This document shows, piece by piece, positions 46,467 through 59,785 of a DNA stretch of 64,000 nucleotides. Position numbers and translations under genes: made by a program. Source of the DNA: an uncultured Alphaproteobacteria bacterium (lineage in GTDB: Bacteria; Pseudomonadota; Alphaproteobacteria; Rs-D84); contig CALXZM010000003.1 of assembly GCA_944393245.1 (NCBI GenBank), positions 14,151 through 78,150 on the forward strand, read 5' to 3'. Numbering within the stretch: position 1 is the stretch's first letter; each line of letters opens with the position of its first letter. Under the pieces are notes generated by a model. The model had not been told where the DNA came from. It searched no databases and saw nothing but the letters and a program-made list of their open reading frames with translations.

Positions 46467-46614
46467 GGGGGGATAATTTGTTGTTTAACTTAAAAATTCA
46501 GGCAAAACGCAAACATTGGTACTAATAAAAAAATCGTCATGTTGCGATAAGACAAAGTTCCCAGTTTTTTGGGAATTTCTACCTGTTTTTTTGGTAAAAA
46601 TCCCCAGATTTTCC

Positions 46615-46643
46615 TTGACAATTTACGGGTTCGTGGTTATAGT
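46615..46643 (+). promoter_or_regulatory. Strong sigma70 promoter TTGACA-N17-TATAGT for the str operon (rpsL-rpsG-fusA-tuf)
   Basis: -35 TTGACA at 46615-46620, -10 TATAGT at 46638-46643, followed by a ~145-nt leader containing an imperfect long inverted repeat (CTGCATGTTCTGACAG...CTGTGCAG). Confidence 0.55.
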
Positions 46644-46791
46644 GTATTCACTTTCCGTGTAAACAAGGAAAGAAAAAACACAGAATTCTGCATGTTCTGA
46701 CAGATTTATAATCGCGGGTGTCCCGTTGAAATAAGTCTGAACAGATGTTCTGTGCAGATAAAAAAGAGTACTAATAACAAAGAGATTTTGA

Positions 46792-47163
46792 ATGCCAACA
46801 GTAAATCAACTGATTCGGAAGCCGCGTAAAAAGGTTGTTGTTAAATCAACAGCGCCGGATATGATGGCGGCACCGCAAAAACGTGGTGTTTGTACACGTG
46901 TGTACACAACCACGCCGAAAAAACCTAATTCGGCCCAGCGTAAGGTGGCCCGTGTAAAACTGGCCAATGGTCGTGAAGTTACGGCATATATCCCTGGCGA
47001 AGGGCACAATCTGCAGGAACACAGTGTTGTTATGATTCGTGGCGGCCGTGTAAAGGACTTGCCGGGTGTTAAATATCACATTATCCGCGGTGTTTTGGAT
47101 ACCAAGGGTGTGGAAAGCAGAAAGCAGGGGCGTTCTTTGTATGGTGCAAAGGTCGCTAAATAA
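46792..47163 (+). CDS. rpsL: 30S ribosomal protein S12
   Basis: [12 protein letters not shown]...[11 protein letters not shown] highly conserved. Confidence 0.95.
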   Translation: MPTVNQLIRKPRKKVVVKSTAPDMMAAPQKRGVCTRVYTTTPKKPNSAQRKVARVKLANGREVTAYIPGEGHNLQEHSVVMIRGGRVKDLPGVKYHIIRGVLDTKGVESRKQGRSLYGAKVAK

Positions 47164-47234
47164 TTAATACACGCGGGCTGTCCCGTGTGAGTAATTCGGG
47201 GTGGCCCGGATGAAGCAATAAAAGGAAATTTATT

Positions 47235-47708
47235 ATGTCAAGACGTAAAGGTGCAGCAAAGCGTGAAATTTTGCCGGATTCAAAATATAATAATCTGGTT
47301 GTTGCAAAATGTATTAATGTTGTTATGTGGGACGGCAAAAAAGAAGTTGCTGAAAATGTCGTTTATGGTGCGTTGGATAAACTGAAAAAAATTGCAAAAG
47401 ACGGCGATGAATTGACTGCGTTCTTAGAAGCAGTTGATGCATTAAAACCATCAGTTGAGGTTAAGGGTCGTCGTGTTGGCGGTGCAACTTATCAGGTTCC
47501 AGTCGACGTTCGCCCAGCACGTCAGCAGACATTGGCATTACGTTGGTTGGTTACGTTTGCACGCAAGCGTGGTGAACGTTCCATGGAAGACAGATTGTTC
47601 GGTGAATTGCGTGATGCATTAAATGGTCAGGGTGGGGCGTTCAAAAAGAAAATTGATACCCATAAAATGGCCGAAGCGAACAAAGCGTTTGCGCATTTCC
47701 GCTGGTAA
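47235..47708 (+). CDS. rpsG: 30S ribosomal protein S7
   Basis: [15 protein letters not shown]...conserved S7 blocks. Confidence 0.95.
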   Translation: MSRRKGAAKREILPDSKYNNLVVAKCINVVMWDGKKEVAENVVYGALDKLKKIAKDGDELTAFLEAVDALKPSVEVKGRRVGGATYQVPVDVRPARQQTLALRWLVTFARKRGERSMEDRLFGELRDALNGQGGAFKKKIDTHKMAEANKAFAHFRW

Positions 47709-47769
47709 TACTGGGGTTTTATTGGTGGAAAAATAACAGTAACTGACAACAATAAGGGAAAGAATCATT

Positions 47770-49851
47770 ATGTCTATTGGAAAAAAAGCACCTTTGGATA
47801 TGTACCGCAATATCGGTATTATGGCGCATATTGACGCGGGTAAAACCACAACATCAGAACGCATTCTTTTCTATACAGGAAAAACATATAAAATTGGCGA
47901 AGTGCATGATGGCGGCGCCACTATGGACTGGATGGAACAGGAACAGGAACGTGGTATTACAATTACGTCCGCGGCAACAACTTGCTTTTGGCGCGATCAT
48001 CGTATTAATTTGATTGATACTCCGGGGCACGTGGATTTTACCATGGAAGTGGAACGTTCTTTGCGTGTGTTGGACGGTGCGGTCGCGGTGTTTGAATCGG
48101 TTTCCGGTGTTCAGCCACAGACTGAAACTGTTTGGCGTCAGGCTGACCGTTATAATGTGCCACGTATTTGCTTTGTTAATAAAATGGATCGTATCGGTGG
48201 TAATTTCTTTCGCTGTGTTGATATGATTCGTGAACGTTTGGGGGCCAATCCGCTGGTGGTGAATTTCCCAATTGGCGCAGAATCTGATTTCCGTGGCGTT
48301 GTTGACGTTGTCGAAATGCGCGGTATTGTTTGGGAAGATGACCTGGGCAAAGATCCGCATATCATTGACATCCCAGATGATTTAAAGGAAAAAGCCGAAG
48401 AATTACACAACAAATTAATTGAAGAAGTTGTAACACTGGATGATGAAATTATGGAAGCCTATATGGAAGGCAAAGAGCCAGATGTTGCAACAATTAAAAA
48501 ATTAATTCGCAAGGGAACAATCGCACAGAACTTTAACCCTGTGTTGTGTGGTACCGCATTTAAGAACAAGGGTGTTCAGCCATTGTTGGATGCGATTGTT
48601 GATTATTTGCCCAGCCCGTTGGATATTCCGGCCATCAAGGGTACGGCGATGGATAAAAAGACGGTTATTGAACGTCATGCCAATCCGAATGAACCGTTCA
48701 GCGCGTTGGCGTTTAAGGTCGCAAATGATCCATTCGTTGGAAATTTGATGTTTATACGTATTTATTCAGGTAAATTGGTATCTGGGTCATATATTTACAA
48801 TTCCAACCGTGATAAACGTGAACGTGTTGGACGTATGTTATTAATGCATGCCAATCAGCGTGAAGAAATCAAGGAAGCATCCGCAGGTGATATTGTTACA
48901 TTGGTTGGTATGAAGGAAACAATTACCGGTGATACATTGTGCGATGAATCCAATCCAATTATTCTGGAAAACATTCATGTTCCAGACCCGGTTATGAGCA
49001 TCGCAGTTGAACCCAAGACCAAGGCTGATATCGAAAAAATGTCGTTGGGGTTACAGGCATTGGCCAAAGAAGATCCGTCGTTCCATGTGTCTGTGGACGA
49101 AGAATCGGGCCAGACGATTTTGGCGGGTGTTGGTGAATTGCACCTGGAAATTTTGGTTGACCGTTTGTCACGCGAATTCAAGGTTGATGTTAATGTCGGT
49201 GAGCCGCGCATTGCGTATCGCGAAACATTTGGTAAACCAGTAACCGAAGAATACACACATAAGAAACAGTCTGGTGGTTCGGGTCAATATGCCCAGGTTA
49301 AAATTGAATTTGAACCGTTGGAACCTGGTTCTGGATATGAATTCGAAAACAAGATTGTTGGTGGTGCTATTCCAAAAGAATACATCCCCGGTGTCGAAAA
49401 GGGTTTAAAGATAGCGCAACAGACAGGTGTTCTGATTGGCTATCCCACTGTGGATTTCAAAGCTACATTGGTTGATGGTAAATATCACGAAGTCGATTCC
49501 AATGTATTGTGCTTTGAAATTGCGGCGCGTGCATGTTTCCGCGAAGCGATGAAAAAGGCTGCGCCAAAGTTGTTGGAACCGATTATGAAACTTTCGGTCA
49601 CCACACCGGAAGAATACGTCGGTGACATCATCGGGGACCTGAACAGTCGTCGTGGACAAATCAATGGTATCGAAACACAGTTCGGTAATCAGATGATTTC
49701 GGCATACGTTCCATTGGCTAACTTGTTCGGATATGTCAAGACATTGCGTTCTTTGTCACAGGGGCGTGCAAATCCGTATATGGAATTGTCCCACTATGCC
49801 GAAGTGCCGAAAAATGTCGCAGACGAGGTTATAAAAAAGCTGACAAAATAA
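47770..49851 (+). CDS. fusA: Elongation factor G
   Basis: 693 aa. G-domain [25 protein letters not shown] domains III-V. Confidence 0.95.
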   Translation: MSIGKKAPLDMYRNIGIMAHIDAGKTTTSERILFYTGKTYKIGEVHDGGATMDWMEQEQERGITITSAATTCFWRDHRINLIDTPGHVDFTMEVERSLRVLDGAVAVFESVSGVQPQTETVWRQADRYNVPRICFVNKMDRIGGNFFRCVDMIRERLGANPLVVNFPIGAESDFRGVVDVVEMRGIVWEDDLGKDPHIIDIPDDLKEKAEELHNKLIEEVVTLDDEIMEAYMEGKEPDVATIKKLIRKGTIAQNFNPVLCGTAFKNKGVQPLLDAIVDYLPSPLDIPAIKGTAMDKKTVIERHANPNEPFSALAFKVANDPFVGNLMFIRIYSGKLVSGSYIYNSNRDKRERVGRMLLMHANQREEIKEASAGDIVTLVGMKETITGDTLCDESNPIILENIHVPDPVMSIAVEPKTKADIEKMSLGLQALAKEDPSFHVSVDEESGQTILAGVGELHLEILVDRLSREFKVDVNVGEPRIAYRETFGKPVTEEYTHKKQSGGSGQYAQVKIEFEPLEPGSGYEFENKIVGGAIPKEYIPGVEKGLKIAQQTGVLIGYPTVDFKATLVDGKYHEVDSNVLCFEIAARACFREAMKKAAPKLLEPIMKLSVTTPEEYVGDIIGDLNSRRGQINGIETQFGNQMISAYVPLANLFGYVKTLRSLSQGRANPYMELSHYAEVPKNVADEVIKKLTK

Positions 49852-49960
49852 AAAAAATAAAAAAAGATTGTGATTTTTGATTTCTGGTTTATGATTTATT
49901 CTAATGAATCGGAAATCAGATTTCAGAAATCAAACTTAACAAAGCCCTAAGGAGAAAACT

Positions 49961-51148
49961 ATGGCAAAAGAAAAATATGTAAGAACCAAGCCACACGTTA
50001 ATATTGGTACAATTGGTCACGTTGACCATGGTAAAACAACATTGACGGCTGCTATTGTTCATTATTATGGTGTTGGTGCTGACCAGGCCAAGGGTGTTGA
50101 TCAAATCGATAACGCACCAGAAGAACGCGCACGTGGTATTACAATTAATACAGCACACGTTGAATACGAAACAGAAAATCGTCATTATGCGCACGTTGAC
50201 TGCCCGGGACACGCGGACTATGTTAAAAACATGATTACTGGTGCGGCCCAGATGGACGGTGCTATCTTGGTGGTTGCTGCAACAGACGGTCCGATGCCAC
50301 AGACACGCGAACACATTCTGTTGGCACGCCAGGTTGGTATTCCAAAAATCGTTGTTTATTTGAACAAATGCGATTTGGCAAATGACCCAGAATTGTTGGA
50401 ATTGGTCGAAATGGAAATTCGTGAACTGTTGTCTGCGAACGATTTCGATGGTGAAAATGTGCCAATTATTCGCGGTTCTGCCGTTTCCGCATTGGAAGGT
50501 AAAAACGATGGTTTGGGCAAAGAATCAATTGATGCATTGTTAAAAGCATGTGATGAATACATCCCATTGCCAGAACGTCCAGTTGATAAACCATTCTTGA
50601 TGCCGATTGAAGACGTATTCTCTATTACTGGCCGTGGTACAGTGGTTACAGGTCGTATCGAAGCTGGTACCGTCAAGGTTGGTGATGAATGCGAAATCGT
50701 TGGTTTGCGTCCAACACAGAAAACAACTGTTACCGGTGTTGAAATGTTCCGCAAATTGTTGGATCAGGGTGAAGCCGGTGATAACGTAGGTTTGCTGTTG
50801 CGTGGTACCAAGAAAGAAGATGTTGAACGTGGTCAGATTATCTGCAAACCGGGTTCCATCACACCACATACAGAATTTGAAGCAGAAGTTTATATTCTGA
50901 CCAAAGAAGAAGGTGGACGTCACACTGCATTTTTCAGCAACTATCGTCCGCAGTTCTATTTCAGCACAACAGACGTAACCGGTACAATTACACTGCCGGC
51001 GGATAAAGAAATGGTTCTGCCGGGTGATAACGTTCGTATCACGGTGCAACTGATTGCCCCGATTGCTATGGACGAAGGCCGTCGCTTTGCTATCCGTGAA
51101 GGCGGACGCACAGTTGGCGCGGGCGTTGTATCGAAAATTATTAAATAA
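49961..51148 (+). CDS. tuf: Elongation factor Tu
   Basis: 395 aa. [22 protein letters not shown]. Confidence 0.95.
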   Translation: MAKEKYVRTKPHVNIGTIGHVDHGKTTLTAAIVHYYGVGADQAKGVDQIDNAPEERARGITINTAHVEYETENRHYAHVDCPGHADYVKNMITGAAQMDGAILVVAATDGPMPQTREHILLARQVGIPKIVVYLNKCDLANDPELLELVEMEIRELLSANDFDGENVPIIRGSAVSALEGKNDGLGKESIDALLKACDEYIPLPERPVDKPFLMPIEDVFSITGRGTVVTGRIEAGTVKVGDECEIVGLRPTQKTTVTGVEMFRKLLDQGEAGDNVGLLLRGTKKEDVERGQIICKPGSITPHTEFEAEVYILTKEEGGRHTAFFSNYRPQFYFSTTDVTGTITLPADKEMVLPGDNVRITVQLIAPIAMDEGRRFAIREGGRTVGAGVVSKIIK

Positions 51149-51232
51149 TAAATAAATGTCGCGGGTCGGTGTAACTGGATAAATAAACGCCAGTGATTAC
51201 CGGCCCGGAATAACGATAAGGAAAACGAGCAA

Positions 51233-51544
51233 ATGGTACCAACATCTAAAATTCGCATCAAATTGACAGCGTTTGACCACAGAGTCTTGATGGAATCTGT
51301 GGATGAAATAGTCAAAACTGCAAAGCGCACTGGCGCGGATGTAGTCGGACCCGTTCGCTTGCCGACATTGATTAAGAAATTTACTGTTAACCGTTCGCCA
51401 CACGTTCATAAAAAGTCGCGCGAACAATTTGAAATTCGCAATCACAAGGCGGTTGTTGATATTGTTAATCCAACCCCGCAAACAGTAGATGCATTGATGA
51501 AGTTGGATTTGGCGTCAGGTGTTGATGTTAAAATTAAATTATAA
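51233..51544 (+). CDS. rpsJ: 30S ribosomal protein S10
   Basis: [21 protein letters not shown]...[16 protein letters not shown]. Confidence 0.95.
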   Translation: MVPTSKIRIKLTAFDHRVLMESVDEIVKTAKRTGADVVGPVRLPTLIKKFTVNRSPHVHKKSREQFEIRNHKAVVDIVNPTPQTVDALMKLDLASGVDVKIKL

Positions 51545-51617
51545 AATGTTTGTGTTGGGCGGACGTAATTATGGTGTGTACAACCGGCCAACCTACTAAC
51601 AAATAAAGGCAAAAGAA

Positions 51618-52346
51618 ATGAAACGTAGCGGTTTAATAACAACAAAAATTGGTATGACACGTTTGTATGATGACGGTGGCGTGGCACATCCTGTAACAGT
51701 TTTATCCGTCGGTGATTGCACGGTTATCGGCAATCGTACAGTGGAAAAGAATGGGTATGTCGCAAACATACTGGGCGTGCGTGAAGCCAAGGCAAAGCAT
51801 GTTGCTAAACCGCAGGCTGTGGCAGCGGAAAAAGCCGGTGTAAAACCGTATCGCAAGGTTGTCGAATTCCGTGTGTCTGATGATTGCATTATCCCAGCGG
51901 GAACACAATTGGTGGCTTCGCACTTTATCGCTGGCCAGTTTGTTGATGTTCAGGCAACCAGCAAAGGTAAGGGTTTCCAAGGGGCCATGAAACGTCATAA
52001 CTTTGGCGGTAAAGAGGCATCCCATGGTGTTTTAAAGGCACATCGTTCAATTGGTGGTACAGGTATGCGTGAATGGCCAGGTCGTGTTTTAAAGGGTAAA
52101 AAAATGGCCGGTCAGATGGGAAATGAAATCGTTACTGTCCAGAATTTGAAAGTGTTTGGCGTTGATGATGCGGAAAATTTAATCTTTGTCGAAGGCGCAG
52201 TTCCAGGGGCAAATGGCACATTCGTTTTAATCAGTGATGCCGTTAAAAAGGAACAGAAAGATTTGCCGGTTCCGACAAAAATGAAAGTTGCTGAATCTAA
52301 TGAACAGCAGGCAGCAGAAACCGAAACAGAACCTGTTGCGGAATAA
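51618..52346 (+). CDS. rplC: 50S ribosomal protein L3
   Basis: GLITTKIGMTRLYDDGGVAHPVTVL, FQGAMKRHNFGG. Confidence 0.93.
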   Translation: MKRSGLITTKIGMTRLYDDGGVAHPVTVLSVGDCTVIGNRTVEKNGYVANILGVREAKAKHVAKPQAVAAEKAGVKPYRKVVEFRVSDDCIIPAGTQLVASHFIAGQFVDVQATSKGKGFQGAMKRHNFGGKEASHGVLKAHRSIGGTGMREWPGRVLKGKKMAGQMGNEIVTVQNLKVFGVDDAENLIFVEGAVPGANGTFVLISDAVKKEQKDLPVPTKMKVAESNEQQAAETETEPVAE

Positions 52347-52380
52347 TTAAATGGCAACAGATTAGAGTAAGGTGGAAAAA

Positions 52381-53001
52381 ATGCAAATAGATGTTATAAA
52401 TTTTGATGGCAAAGCGGTCGGCAAAGTTGATTTGGCAGACCAGATTTTTGGTGTTGAACCACGCGCAGATATTCTGCATCGTGTTGTTACATGGCAACGG
52501 GCGAAATCGCGCGCTGGCACACATGCGGTAAAAACTGTTTCTGATGTTGCGGGCAGTGGTAAAAAGGCCTTTAAACAAAAGAAAACAGGTAATGCACGCC
52601 AGGGTGAAAGATACAATGTTCACATGCGTGGCGGTGGCGTTGTTCATGGGCCAGTTGTTCGTGATCATTCAATTGATCTGCCGAAAAAGATTCGTGCATT
52701 GGGACTGAAAATGGCTTTGTCGTCCAAGGTTCGTGATGGAAATCTGGTGGTGATTGATTCAGAAAAATTGGCGGCGGTTAAAACAGGGGCATTGGCAAAG
52801 CAATTGAAAAAGTTGGATTTAAATTCTGCTTTGTTTGTTGGTGCTGCTGATTTGGATGCTAATTTCCAGAAATCCATGGCAAATATTCCGAATATCGATG
52901 CACTGCCGACCATTGGGTTGAATGTGTTGGATATTTTGAATCATGACAAATTGGTTTTGACGGCTGATGCAGTCAAAGCGGTTGAGGCGCGCTTGGCATA
53001 A
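52381..53001 (+). CDS. rplD: 50S ribosomal protein L4
   Basis: Conserved L4 core (QRAKSRAGTHAVKT..GSGKKAFKQKKTGNARQG). Start at ATG 52381 after RBS AAGGTGG; the ORF-track start 52372 is GTG. Confidence 0.9.
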   Translation: MQIDVINFDGKAVGKVDLADQIFGVEPRADILHRVVTWQRAKSRAGTHAVKTVSDVAGSGKKAFKQKKTGNARQGERYNVHMRGGGVVHGPVVRDHSIDLPKKIRALGLKMALSSKVRDGNLVVIDSEKLAAVKTGALAKQLKKLDLNSALFVGAADLDANFQKSMANIPNIDALPTIGLNVLDILNHDKLVLTADAVKAVEARLA

Positions 53002-53039
53002 TTGGTTGCCAATGACGCAAGACGAAAAGGTATAACAAA

Positions 53040-53375
53040 ATGGCAGAAAAAAAAGTTAATTCAGAGAAAAAAGTCGTGCGCACCGCTGGTATTTATGATA
53101 TACTGCGTCGCCCGATAATCTCGGAAAAGACGGCAAAATTGTCTGAAAGCAATGGTGTTGCGTTCGAAGTTGCAGCAGATGCGACCAAGGAAGACGTGGC
53201 ACGCGCTGTTCAGGCGATATACAATGTAAAACCGACCAAGGTTAACATTGTTGTCGTCAAAGGCAAAGAAAAATCATTTCGCGGACGTGGCGTGGGTATG
53301 AAACGGTCTGTTAAAAAGGCGTACGTTTCATTGCCGGCGGATGCGAAGTTGGATTTATCTGCAAACGTACAATAA
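53040..53375 (+). CDS. rplW: 50S ribosomal protein L23
   Basis: DILRRPIISEKT...; conserved operon position. Confidence 0.9.
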   Translation: MAEKKVNSEKKVVRTAGIYDILRRPIISEKTAKLSESNGVAFEVAADATKEDVARAVQAIYNVKPTKVNIVVVKGKEKSFRGRGVGMKRSVKKAYVSLPADAKLDLSANVQ

Positions 53376-53450
53376 TATAAACAGCGCGCCGGCAGAGAAC
53401 CCGATATATAATGGGTGTTAGTGTCGTCGCAAAAACAAAGGTAAGAAAAA

Positions 53451-54284
<834 letters not shown>

Positions 54285-54306
54285 TAAATAAAAAACGGAG
54301 TAATTG

Positions 54307-54588
54307 ATGTCTCGTTCAGTATGGAAAGGTCCGTATGTTCATCCGTCCATCTTGAAAAAGGTTGCGGCGGCAAATGAAAAAAATGACCACAAGCCGATTA
54401 AGACTTGGTCGCGCAGCAGCACTATCATTCCGACGATGGTTGGTTTGACATTCGAAGTGCACAATGGTAACAAATTTATTCCTGTGTCCATTGTCGAAGA
54501 TATGATTGGTCACAAATTGGGTGAATTTGCACCAACACGTACTTTCAAAGGGCATGCGGCCAATAAAAAAGCGGCGGCGGCAAAGTAA
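54307..54588 (+). CDS. rpsS: 30S ribosomal protein S19
   Basis: [11 protein letters not shown]... Start at ATG 54307 (the ORF-track start is TTG at 54304). Confidence 0.93.
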   Translation: MSRSVWKGPYVHPSILKKVAAANEKNDHKPIKTWSRSSTIIPTMVGLTFEVHNGNKFIPVSIVEDMIGHKLGEFAPTRTFKGHAANKKAAAAK

Positions 54589-54633
54589 TAATTTCTGGCG
54601 ACCGACAGGAATATAAATAATAGGGTAACAGTT

Positions 54634-55047
54634 ATGACAACGACAAGATATGGAATAAAAGATAATCAAGTGCGTGCGTTTAACAGAATGATCCGCATCA
54701 GTCACCAGAAATTAAATCTGGTTTGTGATTTGGTGCGTGGTTTGCCAGTTGAACGTGCAATCGATGTCTTGAAATTTTCTAAGAAGCGTGTTGCCGGTGA
54801 AGTTTTAAAAACTTTGTTGTCGGCCATCGCAAATGCAGAACACAACAAAAAATTACCAGCAGAAAGCCTGTATGTTAAAGAAATTTGGTGTGGTAAAGCG
54901 TTGACGATGAAACGTATATTTCCGGGACCACGTGGCAGTGCACGTCCGATTTTGAAACCTTTTTCTAATTTGACAATCGTTTTGGAATCTGGTGTGGCAC
55001 CAACAAAGAAAACAGCCAAGGCAAAGGCAGACAAAAAAGCTAAATAA
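54634..55047 (+). CDS. rplV: 50S ribosomal protein L22
   Basis: Conserved L22 fold blocks; operon position. Confidence 0.9.
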   Translation: MTTTRYGIKDNQVRAFNRMIRISHQKLNLVCDLVRGLPVERAIDVLKFSKKRVAGEVLKTLLSAIANAEHNKKLPAESLYVKEIWCGKALTMKRIFPGPRGSARPILKPFSNLTIVLESGVAPTKKTAKAKADKKAK

Positions 55048-55141
55048 TTAATCTGGCCGGTGGTATGGAATTTTATTCCTGAATAAAGATTGTTGCCAAA
55101 TCTTCAAGAACACCGGTCAAAAACAGTAAGGAAAAAGTAAA

Positions 55142-55843
55142 ATGGGACAGAAAGTATCACCTATCTCGTTGCGTGAATTTATAAACAAGGTAACAGATTC
55201 GCGCTGGATTGCGGGTAAAAAAGACTATGCAAATTTGCTGGCCGAAGATATTAAAATCCGCAAGTTTATTGAAAAAAAATTGAAAAAGGCTGGTTTGGCC
55301 AAGGTTGTTATTGAACGCTTTGCCAAAAAAGTCGTGGTTACAGTGCACACATCGCGTCCGGGTATGATTATCGGTAAAAACGGTGCCGATATCGAAGCGT
55401 TACGCAACGATATTAAAAAATTGGTTAAAAATGACCAGGTCGTTGTTAATATTTATGAAGTGCGTCGCCCGGATTTGAACGCACAATTGGTCGCGCAGAA
55501 TATTGCGCAACAAATCGAAGGACGTGTGTCCTTTAAACGTGCAATGAAAAAGGCTGTTCAGAATGCGGTAAAGGCTGGGGCCCAGGGGATCAAGGTTATG
55601 TGTTCGGGGCGTCTGAACGGTGCGGAAATCGCCCGCAGTGAACAAATCCGCGAAGGACGTATTCCATTGCACACCTTGCGTGCTGATATTGATTATGCAT
55701 CAATTCAGGCGAAAACAACGTACGGCGTTATCGGGGTAAAGGTTTGGATTTACACTGGCGATGTCGTAAATAAAGAAAAGCTGGCGTCTGAAATGGCGCG
55801 TCCAACAGAATATGCCGGCAGCAGCGAAAGAAAAAGCAAGTAA
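55142..55843 (+). CDS. rpsC: 30S ribosomal protein S3
   Basis: [11 protein letters not shown]..., KH domain, and [12 protein letters not shown] block. Confidence 0.95.
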   Translation: MGQKVSPISLREFINKVTDSRWIAGKKDYANLLAEDIKIRKFIEKKLKKAGLAKVVIERFAKKVVVTVHTSRPGMIIGKNGADIEALRNDIKKLVKNDQVVVNIYEVRRPDLNAQLVAQNIAQQIEGRVSFKRAMKKAVQNAVKAGAQGIKVMCSGRLNGAEIARSEQIREGRIPLHTLRADIDYASIQAKTTYGVIGVKVWIYTGDVVNKEKLASEMARPTEYAGSSERKSK

Positions 55844-55910
55844 TTTTTGACGGTCATCTATATGGTGCCGGTAAATCAAAAATTAAATAAATAAACAAAG
55901 GGTCGTTATT

Positions 55911-56324
55911 ATGTTAATGCCAAATAAAACAAAGTTTCGCAAGCAGCACAAAGGGCGTATTCACGGTGTTGCCAAAGGTGGCAGTGAATTAGCGTTCGGT
56001 TCTTTTGGGCTGAAGGCGATGACGCCGGAACGTGTTACCGCGCGTCAAATAGAGGCGGCGCGTCGTGCCATTACACGTCATATGCGTCGTATGGGTAAAC
56101 TGTGGATTCGTGTGTTTCCAGATGTGCCTGTTACCAAAAAACCAGCAGAAGTTCGTATGGGTAAAGGTAAGGGGGCCGTTGAATACTGGATTTGTCGCGT
56201 AAAACCAGGACGTATTTTGTTTGAAATTGATGGTGTGAAACCTGAAATTGCATATGAAGCGTTCGCGTTGGCGGCGGCAAAACTGCCGGTCAAAACAAAA
56301 GTTGTTGAACGCAAGGTCAACTAG
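55911..56324 (+). CDS. rplP: 50S ribosomal protein L16
   Basis: [16 protein letters not shown]... Confidence 0.95.
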   Translation: MLMPNKTKFRKQHKGRIHGVAKGGSELAFGSFGLKAMTPERVTARQIEAARRAITRHMRRMGKLWIRVFPDVPVTKKPAEVRMGKGKGAVEYWICRVKPGRILFEIDGVKPEIAYEAFALAAAKLPVKTKVVERKVN

Positions 56325-56376
56325 TTACACGTGGGCATGCGATTTTATCGGTGCCTGGCAAAAAAGGTAAGAAAAA

Positions 56377-56571
56377 ATGGCAGAAAAGAAAGTGGAAAAA
56401 GAATCTTTGACGGCAGAGGCGTTGCAAAGCAAATTGGAAAATCTGAAAAAAGATCAGATGAACCAACGTTTTCAGCATGCTGCTGGTCAGATGCCGAAAA
56501 CACATGTTATGCGTCAAACCCGTCGTGAAATCGCACGTGTTAAAACAAAAATAAACGCAGCGAAAAAATAA
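56377..56571 (+). CDS. rpmC: 50S ribosomal protein L29
   Basis: 64 aa; conserved position between L16 and S17. Confidence 0.85.
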   Translation: MAEKKVEKESLTAEALQSKLENLKKDQMNQRFQHAAGQMPKTHVMRQTRREIARVKTKINAAKK

Positions 56572-56696
56572 TAAATAATTGCCGATTTTTGTTGAGATTT
56601 CTAAATTTTTAGTTATCATTATGCGAAATCGGGTAAAAAAAGTGGTTAATTTATGCGGATTTTGCGCATAAATAAAAATGATAAGGGACAAAAGTT

Positions 56697-56966
56697 ATGC
56701 CAAGACGTATACTGCAAGGAACAGTTAAAAGTACAGCAAATGACAAAACAGTCGTTGTAGAAGTTGAACGTCGTTTCCGTCATCCGTTGTATGGCAAGTT
56801 CGTAAAGCAGAATAAAAAGTACAAGGCGCACGATGAAAACAACGAATACAAGGTTGGTGATATCGTCGCAATAGAAGAGCATCGTCCGATTTCCAAGACT
56901 AAATCTTGGGTCGTAAAGGGACGCGTTGGCGTTTCCAAGGATGAATCGGTGGACGTTGCTGAATAG
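56697..56966 (+). CDS. rpsQ: 30S ribosomal protein S17
   Basis: [31 protein letters not shown]. Confidence 0.93.
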   Translation: MPRRILQGTVKSTANDKTVVVEVERRFRHPLYGKFVKQNKKYKAHDENNEYKVGDIVAIEEHRPISKTKSWVVKGRVGVSKDESVDVAE

Positions 56967-57065
56967 TAATCACACACAGGTTCTTTGAGGTCGAAAGGCA
57001 GTCGGAACCTGATGAAACAAAGCGCTGGGGGATTGCCCTGGACGCAGGACAAAAGGTGAAGTGGT

Positions 57066-57440
57066 ATGATACAAAATGAAACAGTTATGACGGTCGCCGA
57101 TAATTCTGGTGCACGCAAGGCTATGTGCATCAAGGTTTTGGGTGGTTCACATCGTCGTTATGCAACGGTTGGTGACAAAATTGTTGTTGCCATTAAAGAG
57201 GCTATACCGCGTGGTAAAGTACAAAAGGGTACTGTACAGCGTGCAATAATCGTGCGTACAAAATTTCCGGTAAAACGTCCGGATGGTTCAATTATCCGTT
57301 TTGATGACAATGCGGTTGTGTTGATAAATAAAAACAACTTTGAACCAATTGGTACACGTATTTTTGGACCCATTGCGCGTGAAGTTCGTCGCAAATACGA
57401 TGTTCAGAAAATTGTATCTTTGGCACCAGAAGTTATATAG
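57066..57440 (+). CDS. rplN: 50S ribosomal protein L14
   Basis: [27 protein letters not shown]. Confidence 0.95.
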   Translation: MIQNETVMTVADNSGARKAMCIKVLGGSHRRYATVGDKIVVAIKEAIPRGKVQKGTVQRAIIVRTKFPVKRPDGSIIRFDDNAVVLINKNNFEPIGTRIFGPIAREVRRKYDVQKIVSLAPEVI

Positions 57441-57474
57441 TACCGGGGTAATGTAACAGACAAAAGGTTTTGAA

Positions 57475-57777
57475 ATGAAAATTAAAAAAGGCGATGAAGT
57501 CGTAGTTATTTCGGGAAAGTACAAGGGCGTCAAAGGTAAAGTACTGGAAGCACGTCCGACTGAATCCCGTGTGGTTGTAGAAGGTGTTAACCGCCATAAG
57601 TGGCATGTTAAACCGACACAGGAACAGCCAGGTCACATCGTTGACCGCGAGGCCCCAATCCATGTTTCCAATGTTGCATTGGTTGATCCGAAAACTAAAA
57701 AAGCAACACGTGTTGGATATAAAATGGATGGTGATAAAAAAGTTCGCATTGCAAAAAAATCTGGTGCGGAATTATAA
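57475..57777 (+). CDS. rplX: 50S ribosomal protein L24
   Basis: [20 protein letters not shown] motif. Confidence 0.93.
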   Translation: MKIKKGDEVVVISGKYKGVKGKVLEARPTESRVVVEGVNRHKWHVKPTQEQPGHIVDREAPIHVSNVALVDPKTKKATRVGYKMDGDKKVRIAKKSGAEL

Positions 57778-57824
57778 ATAACTGGTTCCCGCTGTTACGG
57801 GGACGAAACGTTAAGGAATAGAAA

Positions 57825-58370
57825 ATGCAAAGCAGATTGCGTGAAATTTATGAAAAGCAGATTGTTCCTGAATTGATTAAAGAATTCGGGTACAAAAATT
57901 CATTGGAAGTGCCCAAATTAACAAAAATTGTTTTGAATATGGGCGTTGGCGAAGCGGTATCTGATAAAAAGAAATTGGATGCTGCTGTTACGGATTTGAC
58001 GGCAATTGCCGCACAAAAGCCTGTTGTTACATGTGCAAAAAAATCCATCGCAACATACCGTTTACGTGAAGGTCAACCCATCGGATGTAAAGTTACTTTG
58101 CGTGGCAAAAGAATGTATGATTTCCTGGATAAATTGATTACTGTTGCGTTGCCACGTGTAAAAGATTTTCGCGGTTTGTCAAAATCAAAATTTGATGGAC
58201 GTGGAAATTATGCTTTTGGTATCAAAGAACATTTGATTTTCCCTGAAATTTCCGTTGATAAAATTGATGCGATACGTGGGATGGATATTGTCATCGCAAC
58301 AACGGCCAAAACAGATGACGAGGCACGCGCACTGCTGACTAAAATCGGCCTGCCGCTGGTTCTGAAATAA
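57825..58370 (+). CDS. rplE: 50S ribosomal protein L5
   Basis: Conserved L5 blocks ([15 protein letters not shown]...). Confidence 0.95.
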   Translation: MQSRLREIYEKQIVPELIKEFGYKNSLEVPKLTKIVLNMGVGEAVSDKKKLDAAVTDLTAIAAQKPVVTCAKKSIATYRLREGQPIGCKVTLRGKRMYDFLDKLITVALPRVKDFRGLSKSKFDGRGNYAFGIKEHLIFPEISVDKIDAIRGMDIVIATTAKTDDEARALLTKIGLPLVLK

Positions 58371-58385
58371 TAAAAGGTATATAAT

Positions 58386-58688
58386 ATGGCAAAATTAGCG
58401 TTAATCAATAAACAAAAAAAACGTGAAAAATTGGTCGCCAAATACGCCAAAAAACGCGCCGCGGAAAAGGCAAAAATGTCTGTGAACGCGTCGCCAGATG
58501 AACGTATAGAGGCAATGAAAACATTGGCAAAACTGCCACGTAATGCAAACCCAACGCGTTTACATAATCGCTGTGCAGTGACAGGACGTTCACGCGGTTA
58601 TTTCCGTATGTTCGGTCTGTGCCGCCAACAGTTCCGTACACTGGCATCCGAAGGAAAACTGCCGGGCGTGCGCAAGTCTAGTTGGTAA
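58386..58688 (+). CDS. rpsN: 30S ribosomal protein S14 (long form)
   Basis: 100 aa ending ...[39 protein letters not shown]. Confidence 0.93.
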   Translation: MAKLALINKQKKREKLVAKYAKKRAAEKAKMSVNASPDERIEAMKTLAKLPRNANPTRLHNRCAVTGRSRGYFRMFGLCRQQFRTLASEGKLPGVRKSSW

Positions 58689-58763
58689 TTTTTAATCCCC
58701 AGTTGTGGACAATGCAGCTGGGTTCCGCGGGGAAACCCAAAGAGTAACAAGGAGTTATACAAG

Positions 58764-59162
58764 ATGTCATTATCACACCCAATCGGAGATATGCTGACCC
58801 GTATTCGTAATGGGCAGAATGCCGGTAAAGAATTTGTAACCGTTCCATGCAGCAAATTGCGCGCGGCGGTTTTGTCCGTCTTGAAAGACGAAGGTTTTAT
58901 TACTGATTTCCGCAAAGAACAAATTGACGAACATCGTGCCAATTTGGTTATTGAATTAAAGTATGTCGGCGGAAATGGTGCTATCCAAGAAATAACAGTT
59001 GTTTCAAAGCCAGGACGCCGTGTATATTCCGGCAGTGCAAAAATGCCAAAGGTTTTGAATGGTTTGGGCATCGCGATTGTTTCTACACCAAACGGGGTTA
59101 TGACCGATCACAAAGCGCGTCTGATGAACGTCGGCGGTGAAGTATTGTGCAAGGTTATTTAA
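58764..59162 (+). CDS. rpsH: 30S ribosomal protein S8
   Basis: MSLSHPIGDMLTRIRNGQ... Confidence 0.95.
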   Translation: MSLSHPIGDMLTRIRNGQNAGKEFVTVPCSKLRAAVLSVLKDEGFITDFRKEQIDEHRANLVIELKYVGGNGAIQEITVVSKPGRRVYSGSAKMPKVLNGLGIAIVSTPNGVMTDHKARLMNVGGEVLCKVI

Positions 59163-59182
59163 TATATAGTGAGGATTGAATT

Positions 59183-59734
59183 ATGTCTCGTGCAGGAAAA
59201 CATCCAGTTAAATTGAAAGAGGGCGTAACGGCGGCAATTGCAGACGACGTCCTGACTGTCAAAGGCCCAAAGGGTGAAATTAAATTGTCTTTGGATACAA
59301 AGCATTCTGGTTTGGTTGATGTCGTTGTAGAAGCGGACCAGGTTGTCGTTACCCCAAAAGATGCAGAGGATAAAACATCACGTGCAATGTGGGGAACAAT
59401 GACACGTAATGTGCGCGCCGCTGTCGAAGGCGTTACCGATGGGTTTAGCAAGGCCATGTATATGAAGGGCGTTGGTTACAAGGCGTCTGTTAGTGGAAAT
59501 AAATTGGTCCTGGTTGCAGGGTATTCACATGATGTTATTATGGAAATACCAGCCGGATTGACCGTTCAAATGGGTGAAACGCCAACAGAATTTATCATTA
59601 ATGGTATTGATAAATGCTTGGTTGGACAGTTCGCTGACAAGGTTCACAAAGTTCGCAAAGCTGACCCGTACAAAGGCAAAGGTATATTCTATAAGGGTGA
59701 AAGAATACGCCGCAAAGAAGGTAAAAAGAAATAA
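59183..59734 (+). CDS. rplF: 50S ribosomal protein L6
   Basis: MSRAGKHPVKLKEGVT...; two-domain L6. Confidence 0.93.
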   Translation: MSRAGKHPVKLKEGVTAAIADDVLTVKGPKGEIKLSLDTKHSGLVDVVVEADQVVVTPKDAEDKTSRAMWGTMTRNVRAAVEGVTDGFSKAMYMKGVGYKASVSGNKLVLVAGYSHDVIMEIPAGLTVQMGETPTEFIINGIDKCLVGQFADKVHKVRKADPYKGKGIFYKGERIRRKEGKKK

Positions 59735-59785
59735 TAGTTAATTAAGAATTCCCGCTGTTACGGGGATTGGAAAAAAGGAAACAAA